Shown here piece after piece: positions 46,881 through 58,579 of a stretch of 64,000 bases of DNA. Position numbers and translations under genes: made by a program. The notes under the pieces are model-generated. The model was not told the DNA's origin and did no database searches. It was given only the letters and a program-made list of their open reading frames with translations. The number at the start of each line of letters is the position of its first letter. Within the stretch, counting starts at the first letter, position 1. This DNA is from Mayamaea pseudoterrestris (taxonomy: Eukaryota): the NCBI GenBank assembly GCA_027923505.1, contig BROI01000005.1:682001-746000 (forward strand), written 5' to 3'.

Positions 46881-49179
46881 ATGAGGCCTGGCAGTCGTCG
46901 AGTTTGCATTCTGGCAACTGCAGGTCGATCGGAAGAACTTATTCAGTTGTTCCCGAAACGGACTGCTGATGGGCGATTGGCAGGCCGATGAGTCGCTGCT
47001 TCAAAAGTCTTTTGCTTTGCACTTTTGATATAAGTCACTGCTTGATGTAGCGATTCGTTTGCGATCGCTGCTGCATGTCGCGAGAGCTTTACGTTTTATA
47101 ACATCTACTTCCGTGACTAACTCATTTGCTCACTCGTTCCATTCTCACAGTGGCCCTGATTGCTGCCCCAACGCTGGCAGAGGAGGAGAAGAAGATGGGA
47201 ACCGTCATTGGTATCGATCTTGGAACTACATATTCATGCGTTGGCGTCTTCAAGAATGGCCGTGTTGAAATTATTGCCAATGACCAGGGTAACCGCATTA
47301 CGCCCTCGTACGTTGCCTTTATGGAGTCGGGCGAGCGCCTCGTTGGTGATGCCGCCAAGAATCAAGCAACCATCAATCCGGAGAATACTGTCTTTGACGT
47401 GAAGCGGTTGATTGGCCGCAAGTTTTCCGACAAGTCGGTGCAATCCGACAAGAAGTTGGTGCCATATAACATTGTTTCGCAGCAAGACAAGCCCATGATT
47501 GAAATCACCGTTCAGGGCAAGAAGTCAACGTATGCGCCGGAGGAAATTTCAGCCATGATTCTGCAAAAAATGAAGCTTACGGCGGAAACCTTTTTGGGCA
47601 AGGAGATTAAGAATGCCGTCGTGACGGTGCCTGCCTACTTTAACGACGCCCAACGACAGGCCACCAAGGATGCCGGAACCATTGCGGGTTTGCAGGTGGA
47701 GCGCATTATCAACGAGCCAACGGCTGCGGCGATTGCCTATGGCATGGACAAGACTGGAGGCGAAAAGAATGTTCTCGTCTTTGATCTTGGTGGTGGTACT
47801 TTTGATGTAACGTTGCTGACGATTGACAATGGCGTCTTTGAAGTGCTGGCGACCAACGGAGACACGCATCTTGGAGGAGAAGATTTTGACCAGCGTGTCA
47901 TGCAGTACTTTATCAAGATGATGAAGAAAAAGTCCGACGTTGACATTACCAGCGACAAGCGTGCCTTGCAAAAGCTTCGAAAGGAGGTGGAGCGCGTCAA
48001 GCGTGCCCTCTCGAGTCAGCAGCAGGCTCGGTTGGAGATTGAAGACTTGGCAGAAGGCTTTGACCTTTCCGAGACTTTGACCCGCGCTCGTTTCGAAGAA
48101 CTGAACAATGACTTGTTCAAGAAGACTATGGGACCTGTCGCTCGCGTCATGGAGGATGCTGATTTGAGCAAGGATGAGATTGACGAAATTGTCTTGGTCG
48201 GTGGATCAACACGTATTCCCCGTGTTCAGCAACTCATTTCGGAATACTTCGGAGGCAAGGAACCAAGCAAGGGTATCAACCCCGACGAGGCTGTTGCCTA
48301 CGGAGCTGCCGTTCAAGGTGGAATTTTGAGTGGAGAGGGCGGTGAAGCCACCTCAGACATTCTTCTTTTGGATGTGACTCCCCTTTCGCAGGGAATTGAG
48401 ACGGTCGGTGGAGTGATGACCAAGCTTATCAACCGTGGTACAACCATTCCTACCAAGAAGTCTCGTAAGTATCATATATTACGGCCGCGTTGTCGATGCA
48501 GGTTGTTTTGTAAACCTTTTACTAATTGTTTTCTTAAAACTCGATTTTTACAGAAACATTTTCGACCCACCAGGACAATCAGAATGTCGTGCTGATTCAG
48601 GTATTTGAAGGAGAGCGGTCCATGACGAAGGACAACCACTTGCTTGGAAAGTTTGAGCTCACTGGCATTCCACCAGCACCTCGCGGAGTTCCACAAATCG
48701 AGGTCACATTTGAAGTTGACGCAAACGGTATCCTGCAAGTCAGCGCCGAGGATAAGGGCACTGGCAAGTCCGAGAAGATTACGATCACAGCCGAGAAGGG
48801 TCGTCTCTCGGAGGAGGAAATCGAGCGCATGGTTCGCGAAGCTGAGCAATACGCTGACGAAGACAAGAAGGTTAAGGAACGTATTGATGCTCGCAATGGA
48901 CTTGAAAGTTACCTATACAACCTCAAGAATACTTTGGATGACGAGGAAAAGGGCTTGGCCGATTCAATCTCTGCCGAAGACAAGAAGGAGCTAAAGGACA
49001 TGGTCGACGAGACTCTTGACTGGATGGACGAGAACCCTGAAGCTGACAAGGAAGACTATGATGCCAAGCTGAAGGAGGTTGAGCAAGTGGCAAATCCGAT
49101 TATGCGAAACGTGTACTCCAAGGGTGCAGGTGGCAGTGGCGGTGGTGCCGAGGACGATTTTGGAGACGATGAGCTTTAA
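46881..49179 (+). CDS. BiP: ER luminal HSP70 (BiP/GRP78); main exons 47151-48464 and 48554-49179, first exon uncertain
   Basis: [47 protein letters not shown]; intron 48465-48553 joins [15 protein letters not shown]-terminal DDEL; signal-peptide tail ALIAAPTLA. Confidence 0.95.
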
Positions 49180-49624
49180 AAATCTTGCATATGAATAACG
49201 ATAGTGATATACAGGTTGTAGCAAATTGCATTCTTCAAATGTTATATATTGTATTTATGGTGAAACATATTGCTTCATACCGAACGGCTTGTTAGCTAAT
49301 TATTACTGACATGCACCGACCTCAAGTAATTTAGCCTGCAACTACGCTCACACTGTACAAGTGTGTTTGCTTAAGTTAATACTCCTGAAGCCGTCGCCAT
49401 GCGGTAAACTAGCCAGTGCTGTAATACGTCGTAGTGCAGGAGATCGGTAGTTTAGCTACGATACTTTTAATCCACCGCGCATGTCGTACCGGTACAATTT
49501 GCCAACGGTCGATCGCCGAAAGCGCACACGATTGCGGAACGCGAGTTCATCTTTACAGCAAGCCGAAACCTCTTCCGGTAGTAACTGATATCGCACGTAA
49601 AGGTAATTTTATCTAGTTTTAAGT

Positions 49625-50726
49625 ATGAGCAGGGGACAAACAGATGATACTGGTGAATTTCCTTTGAAAGCATCGGGACACAAGGTACGTCCCACTCGCG
49701 AGCTTGGAAGAAATAGCGGTTTTGTCGATACCTTGCGTCCTTTGCTTTGTCGAACGATTTGCTTCATTTTCTTAAAGAAGCTAACAACATTGTCAACATT
49801 CAGAATTCTCTCATTGAAATCAAGTGGGAGAAAGGCAAGTCACTTTGTAGCATATACAGGCATGAGATTTTTGCTTTCTATTCATTCTCATTATTCAGTA
49901 CGCGGCTTCTCCAGACATGTTAACTCAGGCACTAGATAATGCCTATCCCCACTCTTTGACGCTACTTAATCTGTTTCACTGGTGCAGTGGGAGTCTAGAG
50001 ATTCGCCTGGAGTCAGCTGAATTAATCAAAACATTTTTATCAAAGCAGAAGCTGCGCGTTCCTTGGACGATCGACCGCCTTTTGAAAGCGGTTGCTCTAC
50101 TCGTGGGCACAAACTAATGGGAGATATACCAAGAGCGAGCAGATTACTTCAAAGCGAAAGTGCAAGCCGCCACACATGATGTTTGCAATAATTGGCTGCC
50201 ATACACATCGCCAGCGCTACCGGTACCATATGCGGCACACAACGGCAACCCGAGCGAGGCCGCTCGCGAAAAGGTTCCGCTTCTCCGTAAGCTTGTGGCC
50301 ACTGTTTTGAAGAATTCCGTATTGTTTCGAAATAGCGCCCTAGCAAGCAATATCGGTAGCGGTAGTCATCAATGTCGAGCACCGTCAGTCGGCTCGAGGC
50401 AGACGCACACCGTCTATACCTTCAATGGAACCGCCGTCACTCCCATAATAGAAGTTCGCAGAAGTGACAGAAGCATCCTTTCAGGGCAATTTACGAACTA
50501 TGGTAGTATTATCTACCATGGTCGCAATGCTGGTGTCCCATTTTGCAACGGAGGTGTGACAAATTATGGTTGCATCACTCACTACGCCAACACTCCTGGA
50601 GCCATTTTTTGCGCTGGCAATGTGACAAACTATGGAACGATCACTTATAATGGTAGCACGGGTCGTAATGACTTTAGTTGTGGAAGAGTTACCAACTTTG
50701 GTGTGATGAATAACCAGCAACTGTAA
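49625..50726 (+). pseudogene. Orphan gene copy 1 with an in-frame TAA at 50115-50117; predicted exons 49625-49684, 49804-49834, 49915-50726
   Basis: Track ORFs 49917-50117 and 50160-50726 are in the same frame and separated by one stop. The translation aligns with 51896-52150, where the same position is AAA (Lys). Confidence 0.55.
50484..50720 (+). repeat. Coding repeat, 66-nt (22-aa) unit x3.5, GxxTN[YF]GxI
   Basis: Units start at 50484, 50550, 50616 and 50682. Confidence 0.8.
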
Positions 50727-51257
50727 GAGTGATAAGCTGGAAGTGCACCAACCGCAGATACGATGGCGCCGAGAACGGTAGGGCGGTCGCCATTCATAGT
50801 TTAAGTACTTGACAAGCTGCTTCTTTACAAATCATTTCGTAGCTGCAAGTGTCGGCCAGGGATCATTGGTTGCAGGCAATCGTGTATAATTTCACAGCGT
50901 TTGCGTTGTTGTCCACAACATAACTGACGCTGCAACGACTCCCAACAAATTACAATGTCCCTGCAAACCCAAGTTTTGCCCTCTCCACATTGCTCCAACG
51001 CTTTTAGCTCTAGTTGCCACTATCTTCGACACCATATAATTTCGTATTTTTCGTTCTTGAGCGATTTCCGCACTCTAAGGGCTTTCGCATTAACGTTCGC
51101 TGGCAGATTAGTCGATTGCGTAGCCGATCTTCCTCTTTGTATGATAAGTCAATATATACCACTGCGATGTCTATGTGAATGGTACTTGTTCGTGATGGCT
51201 CACTTCGTCAAGAAAAACGTTTAAGCTTGACCACGGTGGGGTTACAACACGGCGACG

Positions 51258-52479
51258 ATGGTCTCGCATCACCAAAATGCAGCGACAGCAACAATGACGA
51301 CTGTTAAACATGACAACGTCGCTGACAGCCGCAAGTTGGTCGTTTCATGGGCTGCAGGAACAAAAGCTGGCAAAACATCGCAGAGATGCAGCAAAACGCT
51401 AGCGTTGATGGACGACGATTTGACGGTGAAAGTCTCAAACGCGGTAAGTACGTCACGATTAGGAAATCCTCTTTTCAAACCTGCTTTAAAAAAGTGGACA
51501 GTTTTCAGTGCCGCAACGAGCCCAATAAGGCGCTCATCATCCTTGCCAAGTAGCAGCATTGTTTTCCATGCGGAACATCTCTTTGCTTGCTATAATTAAT
51601 TATCGCTTGTCATTTTCGTGATGCAGAAATCTGGAGCTGCGTTCAAAGAGATGCAGGAATCTGAAACCACGGACCATGCAGCTACGCGAGAAGAAGGTGC
51701 GTGTGCGTTGCCGTTACTGATCTAAGATCGATGAGTTCGCCCACGACGGAGCAACTTTCGTCCATAATTGCTGCGAATAAGTTCGGGTATATCCACGGCT
51801 TCTATTTGTCACTCCTGTGATATTCGCGAAAGGAGCTTCATGTTTACAGAGAGTATTATCCTATCTGAATCTTTCACACGTTTTCGAAAATTCAGATGCG
51901 GTATCCAGTGCTTTGATGAAAGTCGCAGCCCCTCATGCTTTAACGGTGCTGCACATCTTGGATGGTTACAGTCGCAAAACATTCAATTCCTCCGAAGCTA
52001 CCTCTATAATCAACAACATCTATAAGAAATTTGAAGTGAGCGCCGATGTATCAATGCCCGATCTACTTCGTGCGGTCGACTCTCTAAAGGGCAAGGCATT
52101 TTCGAAGAGCTCAAACAAATGGTCTGTCGTGCGCCGTGACCACGAAGAAAACTTTCGACGCTTTGATTATAAGGAAGTAAGTCGTTCAAATCCTCTATTT
52201 GTGCCAAGTTCATCGCAGTCTTCATCTACAGATAATAATTCGACGAAAGGGAAGTTTTCGTGGTCGAATATTTTCAGGCGCAAACACAAGACTGCGACTG
52301 GCGACATGCAAGCGCTTGATTCGGATACGGATTTTTGTAGTGGACCTGATTCACTTAATGTGGGGTGTACTGTCGGAGGTCCAACTATTGGCTGTCAGAA
52401 GCATTTGAAGACGAAGGAAAAGGTCACTACTGTCATTTATAATACAGGAAATCACTACTGGATGGGTCAAATGACATAG
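51258..52479 (+). CDS. Orphan gene copy 2; predicted exons 51258-51443, 51627-51696, 51896-52479
   Basis: Donors GTAAGT (51444) and GTGCGT (51697) and CAG acceptors give compatible phases (0, then 1); paralogous to 49625-50726. Confidence 0.6.
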
Positions 52480-52830
52480 GGAGGATAGCAAAAGGACAGT
52501 AATGTCGCACATTGAGTGAAGACCACATTCGACATGGCACAACTAGTGTGGATAGTCGTCGTCACTATTATACCGTACGTATATAGCACACATTTTATTC
52601 ATGATTCTATTCAAGTAGGCAGCTTGTTCAGATGACTGCACAACGACATGCACCTGCATTCCGTATCTTGCTAACGCTTCAATGCAACATCAAACGGCGG
52701 CAATGGAAACATGGCCGACGCTTGTCGAATGGTTGCGTCTCAATGGCGTCGTAACTACCGCCGGCGATGAACATGCGCCGCAAGAGTCTTCTACCCAACA
52801 ACATGCGCGCGTTGCCACTTGTACGCATGT

Positions 52831-54465
52831 TCATTCCGCCTCCTGCAGCAAGAGTCGAATGCACTCGGCCTTGTTGTCGTAGCCCGGCGCGTGCGCAATG
52901 AAATCGCTCCGGTGGTAAAACGACTCTGACATGTACCACACCTGGTTTTCCAACGTTTCCATGACATGTTTGCTTTCCCGCAGCGTCAAGAATCGTGCGA
53001 ACGAGTTCATGACGCATCGAGGTGGCACTGCCACGTGTTGATCAAAATCGGGCAAATCGCGCAGCAGCGCCTTCATGGCGGCATTGTCGCCGCTCAAGCT
53101 AAAACCGGGCGGTCGCACGTAGTTGGTCATGTCCCACCATGTTTGCAGAAAGTGGCGACTCCAGTCAGTGTTGCGCAGCAGCAGGACGCCCGAGTTGTAG
53201 CCGCCGCCCTCGTCGGACGCAACCACCAAGTCGAGACCAGAGTCGGCGGATGGTAAAAAGTCTGTAATGGAAATGTTGCTGTTCATAATGACAGTGTCCG
53301 CGTCGGTCCAAACGACCCAGTCGCAGTGAGCATGTTGCTGCTGGTGTTGATGTTTAGTGCTGGCGTGATGCTTGGTGTTGCTACTTTGACTCGAGCTCTC
53401 ACTGGCGCTTCCGCCATTATTACTACTGCTAGTCGACATTGGCTGCAATAAGGCTTGCATGGCAGGAATCTTGCTCCAGGCGGGCGGCCGCGACGTGTCA
53501 AGGTAGCGCGAATGGTCAAAGAGCTGGTAATTGTGTTTGGTTGCATAGGCCAACTTGTTGGGCCAGGTTAATTCCAGTATGCCGGCATAGTTGCGCCATC
53601 GAATGAGTTTTTGAATCCAGGATGGTGACTGGGCGTCGGTGAATGTCACGAGGCAAATGGATGGAGCATTGTTGTTAGTGGATTGTAGCGTATCCGTAGC
53701 TTTCTCTTGTTCGTTACTCGCTTGCTGCGTCATTAACTCATACTGCGGCGCCGGACATTGTCGCTGCATGTACGTAATGGGCGCGTTGAGCCACCGGCGG
53801 TGGTTCATGTAGAGGTAGAGCGTGCGGTGCACGGCCAGTACGCACAGCAAAATTCCCACGCACAGGACGGATAGATTCGTGGCGCTGGCGCGGTGGCGCA
53901 AGTACAGCATGGTGCGCGACGGCTTGCTGCGGCGGTTCTTGAGTGAATGTTGTGATCTTGTGGACTTGTGTGTAGCACTTGCTGCGGAATGAGCGTCTGA
54001 CTGTTGCGGCTGCGCCGCATGCACGGCTGACGACGAATTCTCGTGATAGAGAATGGCCATGTTCACCAAGGAGGTAGCCGAAGGACGACTGATAATGCTG
54101 TTACTGCTACAGTGTTGATGATGATTGTTATTGTTGCGATAATCCGAGTAGCAACTGCTGCTCCCCTGATAGTCCTTGAGTGACGAAACACTCGAGCTTG
54201 TTCGCGCAAAGACTCCACCAAGGGGACTACTCGTACTCGTCAGCAGCGATCGATGACTGTCTCCCCCGTCGCTGCCACTGCTATTACTGCAGTCGTCTGA
54301 CAAGGCAAGCGCAATGTTGCTGCTACGAGGACGACGACTGCGCGTGGCGCCTGCTGCAGTTCCGGGACTCCAATCCTTGACGCGCTGCCAGAGTCCCTGC
54401 TGCTGCTGCTCATTGCTACTTGGCGTAGTCTCATGACTCGGAACAGAATTGCTGGCATCGTTCAT
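52831..54465 (-). CDS. Type II membrane glycosyltransferase, GT34 (GMA12/MNN10) family
   Basis: TM anchor followed by NKLAYATKHNY, RPPAWSKIPA, WVVWTDADTVIMN, YNSGVLLLRNTDWS and DFIAHAPG. Confidence 0.88.
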   Translation of the reverse strand: MNDASNSVPSHETTPSSNEQQQQGLWQRVKDWSPGTAAGATRSRRPRSSNIALALSDDCSNSSGSDGGDSHRSLLTSTSSPLGGVFARTSSSVSSLKDYQGSSSCYSDYRNNNNHHQHCSSNSIISRPSATSLVNMAILYHENSSSAVHAAQPQQSDAHSAASATHKSTRSQHSLKNRRSKPSRTMLYLRHRASATNLSVLCVGILLCVLAVHRTLYLYMNHRRWLNAPITYMQRQCPAPQYELMTQQASNEQEKATDTLQSTNNNAPSICLVTFTDAQSPSWIQKLIRWRNYAGILELTWPNKLAYATKHNYQLFDHSRYLDTSRPPAWSKIPAMQALLQPMSTSSSNNGGSASESSSQSSNTKHHASTKHQHQQQHAHCDWVVWTDADTVIMNSNISITDFLPSADSGLDLVVASDEGGGYNSGVLLLRNTDWSRHFLQTWWDMTNYVRPPGFSLSGDNAAMKALLRDLPDFDQHVAVPPRCVMNSFARFLTLRESKHVMETLENQVWYMSESFYHRSDFIAHAPGYDNKAECIRLLLQEAE

Positions 54466-54707
54466 GGTTTCGTATGAATTGCAAGTCCTTCCGCGTGCAG
54501 CATTCCAATGGTGTGGCGAAGCAATGAGCCTGTCCTTGGCTTGGATTTTGAAAAACGACCCGTCTAGAAACTTAGCCTACTTTTGCATAGAGTGCTTTTG
54601 ATCGCGCACGTGGTTTCTCGCGGAAACGGAGTATCAGCAGTCGTAGCGGTTATTAAATTGTCATTTTGGGTAGCTAAAATCTACCAAACCCACCATCCAT
54701 CATACGC

Positions 54708-55345
54708 GCAGCAACGTCAGGTGAAACATGATGTTATCTACTCATCCTTACCGTTAAAAGCCAATATGATGATAGGTCAATAGGAGCTGCCATGAAGTGT
54801 TAGTTTTATTTAAACGCCGCAGATGCAGGCCAACGACATGCCATTGTTAACTTTGTACTATTCATCACATTCGCAGCAACGTCTTGTAAGACCTGATATC
54901 TACGCATCTTTACCGTTATAAGCCCATATGATGATGATATAAATAAATAACGAGACGTTTATATTTATACTGCTATCTCAGAATGGCTCCTCCTGCCTTG
55001 AGCAGGTGAGAACATAGTAGACCCACAGCAATATGATGATGATAGGTCGACACGAGCTGGTTTGGAGTGTTACCGTTATTTCATCGCCGCAGATGCGGGG
55101 TCAACGACATGCCTTTGTTCACTTCATATATTTAGTCGGTCATGTTATCCTCATCCAGTCATCCCCATCCATAAAGCCAGAGACAGCCCAGCAATATGAT
55201 GATAGGTCGACAAAGGCCTTCATAAAGTGGTAGCGTTGTTTCAGCGCCACAGATGGGATTCAACGACATGCTTTTTGTCAAATTGAAGTGTTCAGTCTGT
55301 CAAATTACCCTCATCCAGTCATGAAACCAACGACAGCCCCAACAA
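54708..55345. repeat. Degenerate intergenic tandem repeat, ~165-bp unit, about 4 copies
   Basis: aatatgatga..taggtc...cgcc.cagatg....caacgacatgc recurs at 54763, 55030 and 55193; gcagcaacgtc..ttaccgtta.aagcc recurs at 54708 and 54873. Confidence 0.8.
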
Positions 55346-55373
55346 AATTTCCATTGCCTTGCCATTATCATGA

Positions 55374-58300
55374 TCATAGCGCTTGTTCCCTGCTTCCCAT
55401 GGTTGCCCTGAGTCGCGCCACCTTGGCCATGGCGCCCCATGTCTCGTAGGCGTCAATGGCCTTTTCTAAATGAGCATTGGCTTTGGCTGTTGCTTTGCCA
55501 TGGTCACGCAGCGCCTTGGCGGCTCGTTCATGCGACAAGCCGGCCAGGTGCCACAGTGCTTCGTCGTTGGCGCGAACAATGGCATGATTGTACTTCATCA
55601 TTCCTAGAGAGAACTTGCCTTTGGCAATCGCCATTTCCGCTTCCACAAGGAAAACGTGAGTGGTAAAGTTGTGCTCCGAGTAGCTGGCGATGCTTTGAAG
55701 ACGCTTTAAATCCCGTCGAGCCACCTTCATGGCGCGCTGCTTGGTAAACACTTTTGACGAAAAACATGCAAGGACTTCGTGCAAGTACCAGTTGGCTCGG
55801 TTGTAGCAGCCAAAGTTACTGCAGTCACAGCTATTTTCAAGTTTGTTAGCCAGCTGTATGACAGATTCGTAGTCACCGAAAAATCCCGACAAGATCATCT
55901 GCATCCAATGGATAAACGCAACGATCGTTCGATTATTGGACAAGGTAGCGTCGTGCAGTGCCCTGGGTGCATCCATCACGTCACCAGAAAGAAGTGAAGG
56001 CTCCCTGCAATCCACTCCCATCAAACATTTTGCAAATTGAAGCGTCGGGGTGATGAACTGAGCCATGTTCGATTGGTTGTGCTGTCTCATCATTTGTAAA
56101 AACGCCGAACACTCGTCTACAATCTGCGATAGCGCAACACCGGCATTCGATCCCACACCAGCGTACATTGCCGCCGCCAATGCCGAAAACTCAATGTCGC
56201 CACTGACCAGACCGACACGGTGTGCCATGAGAAGCGGTTTAAGATTATTCCGCAAGGGCTCGGAGTATGAATAGCACAAGCCGTACACTGCAGAGTAAAC
56301 GCGAGGCAGCCACTCCCTGCTTTGAAACTTATCCAGTAATTGGATCGAAAGCCGTGCCAATCGGATCCCAAGTTTCACTTCTCCGAAGCCATTGCAAAAT
56401 ATCATGGCTAACGAACAAAAGCCGACGGACGACATGCCACTGCATCCACGTTCGATAGACATTCGCACAAGCCGCAAGGCAAGAATAGCACCCAGCATTG
56501 GACGAAAATGGATTGCATATGCAAAGATAATGGACATGATACGCATCGCCGCCAATTCCCTCTCATCCGACATTACCGGCACAACGTTTAATATGGCATC
56601 ATCCGAAAACTTTCGAAGCAAACGCTTGGTCTTCACGAGCTCAATCATAGCCGTGAAAGTTGACGCATTCGTCGTTATATTATAACCAGCATACTCCCGC
56701 AACACCTTAAGGCCAAGTTCAACAGCTTTGGCCATCTCATTGCGCGAGCCAAGCGAGTAGATCGAAATGGTAAACGCTCCTATTTTCTCGCTATCACTAC
56801 GAGCATTGTCTAGTATCTCCTTTACAAGTTCATCGGTCCGTCGGTAATGCCCATTGCAATACTCGCTTTCCGCTGCGGCATGATACAGCTCCATTGCCTG
56901 ATTTAAAGATATACAGGAGCGATCAGTGACATTTTCCAATTGCGTACACCATATCAACTTCTATACCGACATTGACTCACCAGTTCGTACTGGTCTCTCC
57001 AACGCCGATCTTCAAGCAGAGATATGCCAAGCTCAAGGTATGTGGAGGCAGTGAGAAATGTGAACGACTGGGCTGCCTTTTGACCGGCCAAGACAAGCAA
57101 CGAGGCGAATTGGCTGCGCTCGTCCTTGTCAGTCATGAGGCGGATACCAAAGGACAGTTGATTTACGACCAAGAAGAAATAATATTCCAATTGGTCCTGC
57201 TCTAAAGTTGCCAAAAGTGTGCGACCAATGCTCAAGTGAGCCATTTCCTTCTCGTCCTCAGGAACTAGCGAGTATGTTGCTTGCTGTATCTGATCATGCG
57301 AAAATCGCCATGTGCAGTTGCCGCGGTCCTGCCAAATGACACCCCTATTCAACGCCATGGTCAGCGCAGCTTTAATGTCAAAAGATATTAGCTTGCGCAA
57401 AACATACTCATCAAACTCGGCTCCGAGGCATGATGCGAGCATCAACACTTGCTGTACGTGCTTTGGCATGCTTTGAACCTTGTTCTCGATAAGATCCAGC
57501 GATCCCGATATTCGTTCCTCCACTTTGGACAAGAGTTCGCCTTGATCGTTGTCCGACGCTAATAAACCCTCCTCCGCTAGTGTGCGGACAAGCTCGACAA
57601 CGTAGAGCGTGTTATCGCTCGATTTAGTAAGCACAAGTTCAGCCAAAGCATTCGAAATAGGCTCATCTACCATTCCAGATATATCTCGGACCATGTCAGC
57701 AATTGCATTTGTTGATAAGCTGTCTAGAACAATAGCTTGTATGCTCACTAAATTTGCTTCCATTTCTCGCAGCGTCACACTTAAATGATGATCCAGTGAT
57801 ACTTCGCGGCCGCGACATGCTCCGACAACCAACAAACCAGGAATATTCTCCGTCACCAAAAAGGAAATAAGATCAATGCTTGCAGGCTGTGCCCATTGTA
57901 AATCGTCAAGAAACAGACATAGTGGCTGCGACGGAGAGCAAAGGGCTCGCAGAAACTCCCCAAAAGCGAACTGCAATCGTTTCTGCGCACCCGTCGCCTT
58001 TACTTCACCTTCATTTGAAATAACAGGATCTACAAACAAGACATCTAGTGCTGGAATCATGTCCACCAATAGCGGCTGCGCTGGTGCAATGGATCGTAAC
58101 GCTTGTTGTATTTGCTGTAGTTGATTCTCGTCGTTTGCTTCCAAAATTCGCTGGACAAAATCGGAAAACGCCCGAACAAACGGATAGTATGCTTCCATTC
58201 GCTCCAGTGAATCAAATTTTCCTCGTAAAAAGAACCCATTGCATGCTTGCGCTTGTTTCTGCAAGGTATTTGTAATGAGCGCCGTTTTTCCGCTTCCTGA

Positions 58301-58579
58301 TGAGCCAGTCACTAACACAAGTTCGGCTGCCAATTCATCCTGGCAACAGCATCGTCGACGAAACGCGTCGCAAAGCCGCGCTTGTTCCGTGTCGCGACCA
58401 TACAATCGTATGGTTGCATCAGGTCCATGATTCAAAGGGGCTTGACTCCGTGTTTGGTGTTGCTGCGGAGAATTTTCGTCAACCGCTTGTTGTCGTCGCT
58501 CCGAGAGATCTTGCTGCTGCTCGTGCTCGGAGGACAGTCCACCATCATTGGCGTGAAACGATTCCTTCTCTCCTATCAT
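55374..58579 (-). CDS. STAND-type AAA ATPase with C-terminal TPR-like helical region; exons 58579-56981, 56897-55374 (~1040 aa)
   Basis: LYGRDTE, Walker A GSSGSGKT, GKFD, Walker B LFLDDLQWA, FSHDQIQQATY. Intron 56980-56898 joins WRDQYEL-AMELYHAAAESEY. C-terminal YETWGAMAKV. Confidence 0.85.

Noticed and set aside
52682..52882. Short ORF with LVEWLRLNG, reminiscent of SET-domain protein N-termini
   Set aside because: Only 66 aa, overlaps the GT34 3' end in antisense, and has no further SET motifs.
54708..55345. Possible CRISPR array
   Set aside because: The repeats are long and degenerate, the intervening sequences are homologous rather than unique spacers, there are no cas genes, and the context is eukaryotic.
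55374..58579. Bacterial contamination or a very recent horizontal insertion
   Set aside because: The gene contains a spliceosomal intron, is flanked by eukaryotic genes and shows no visible mobile-element ends.
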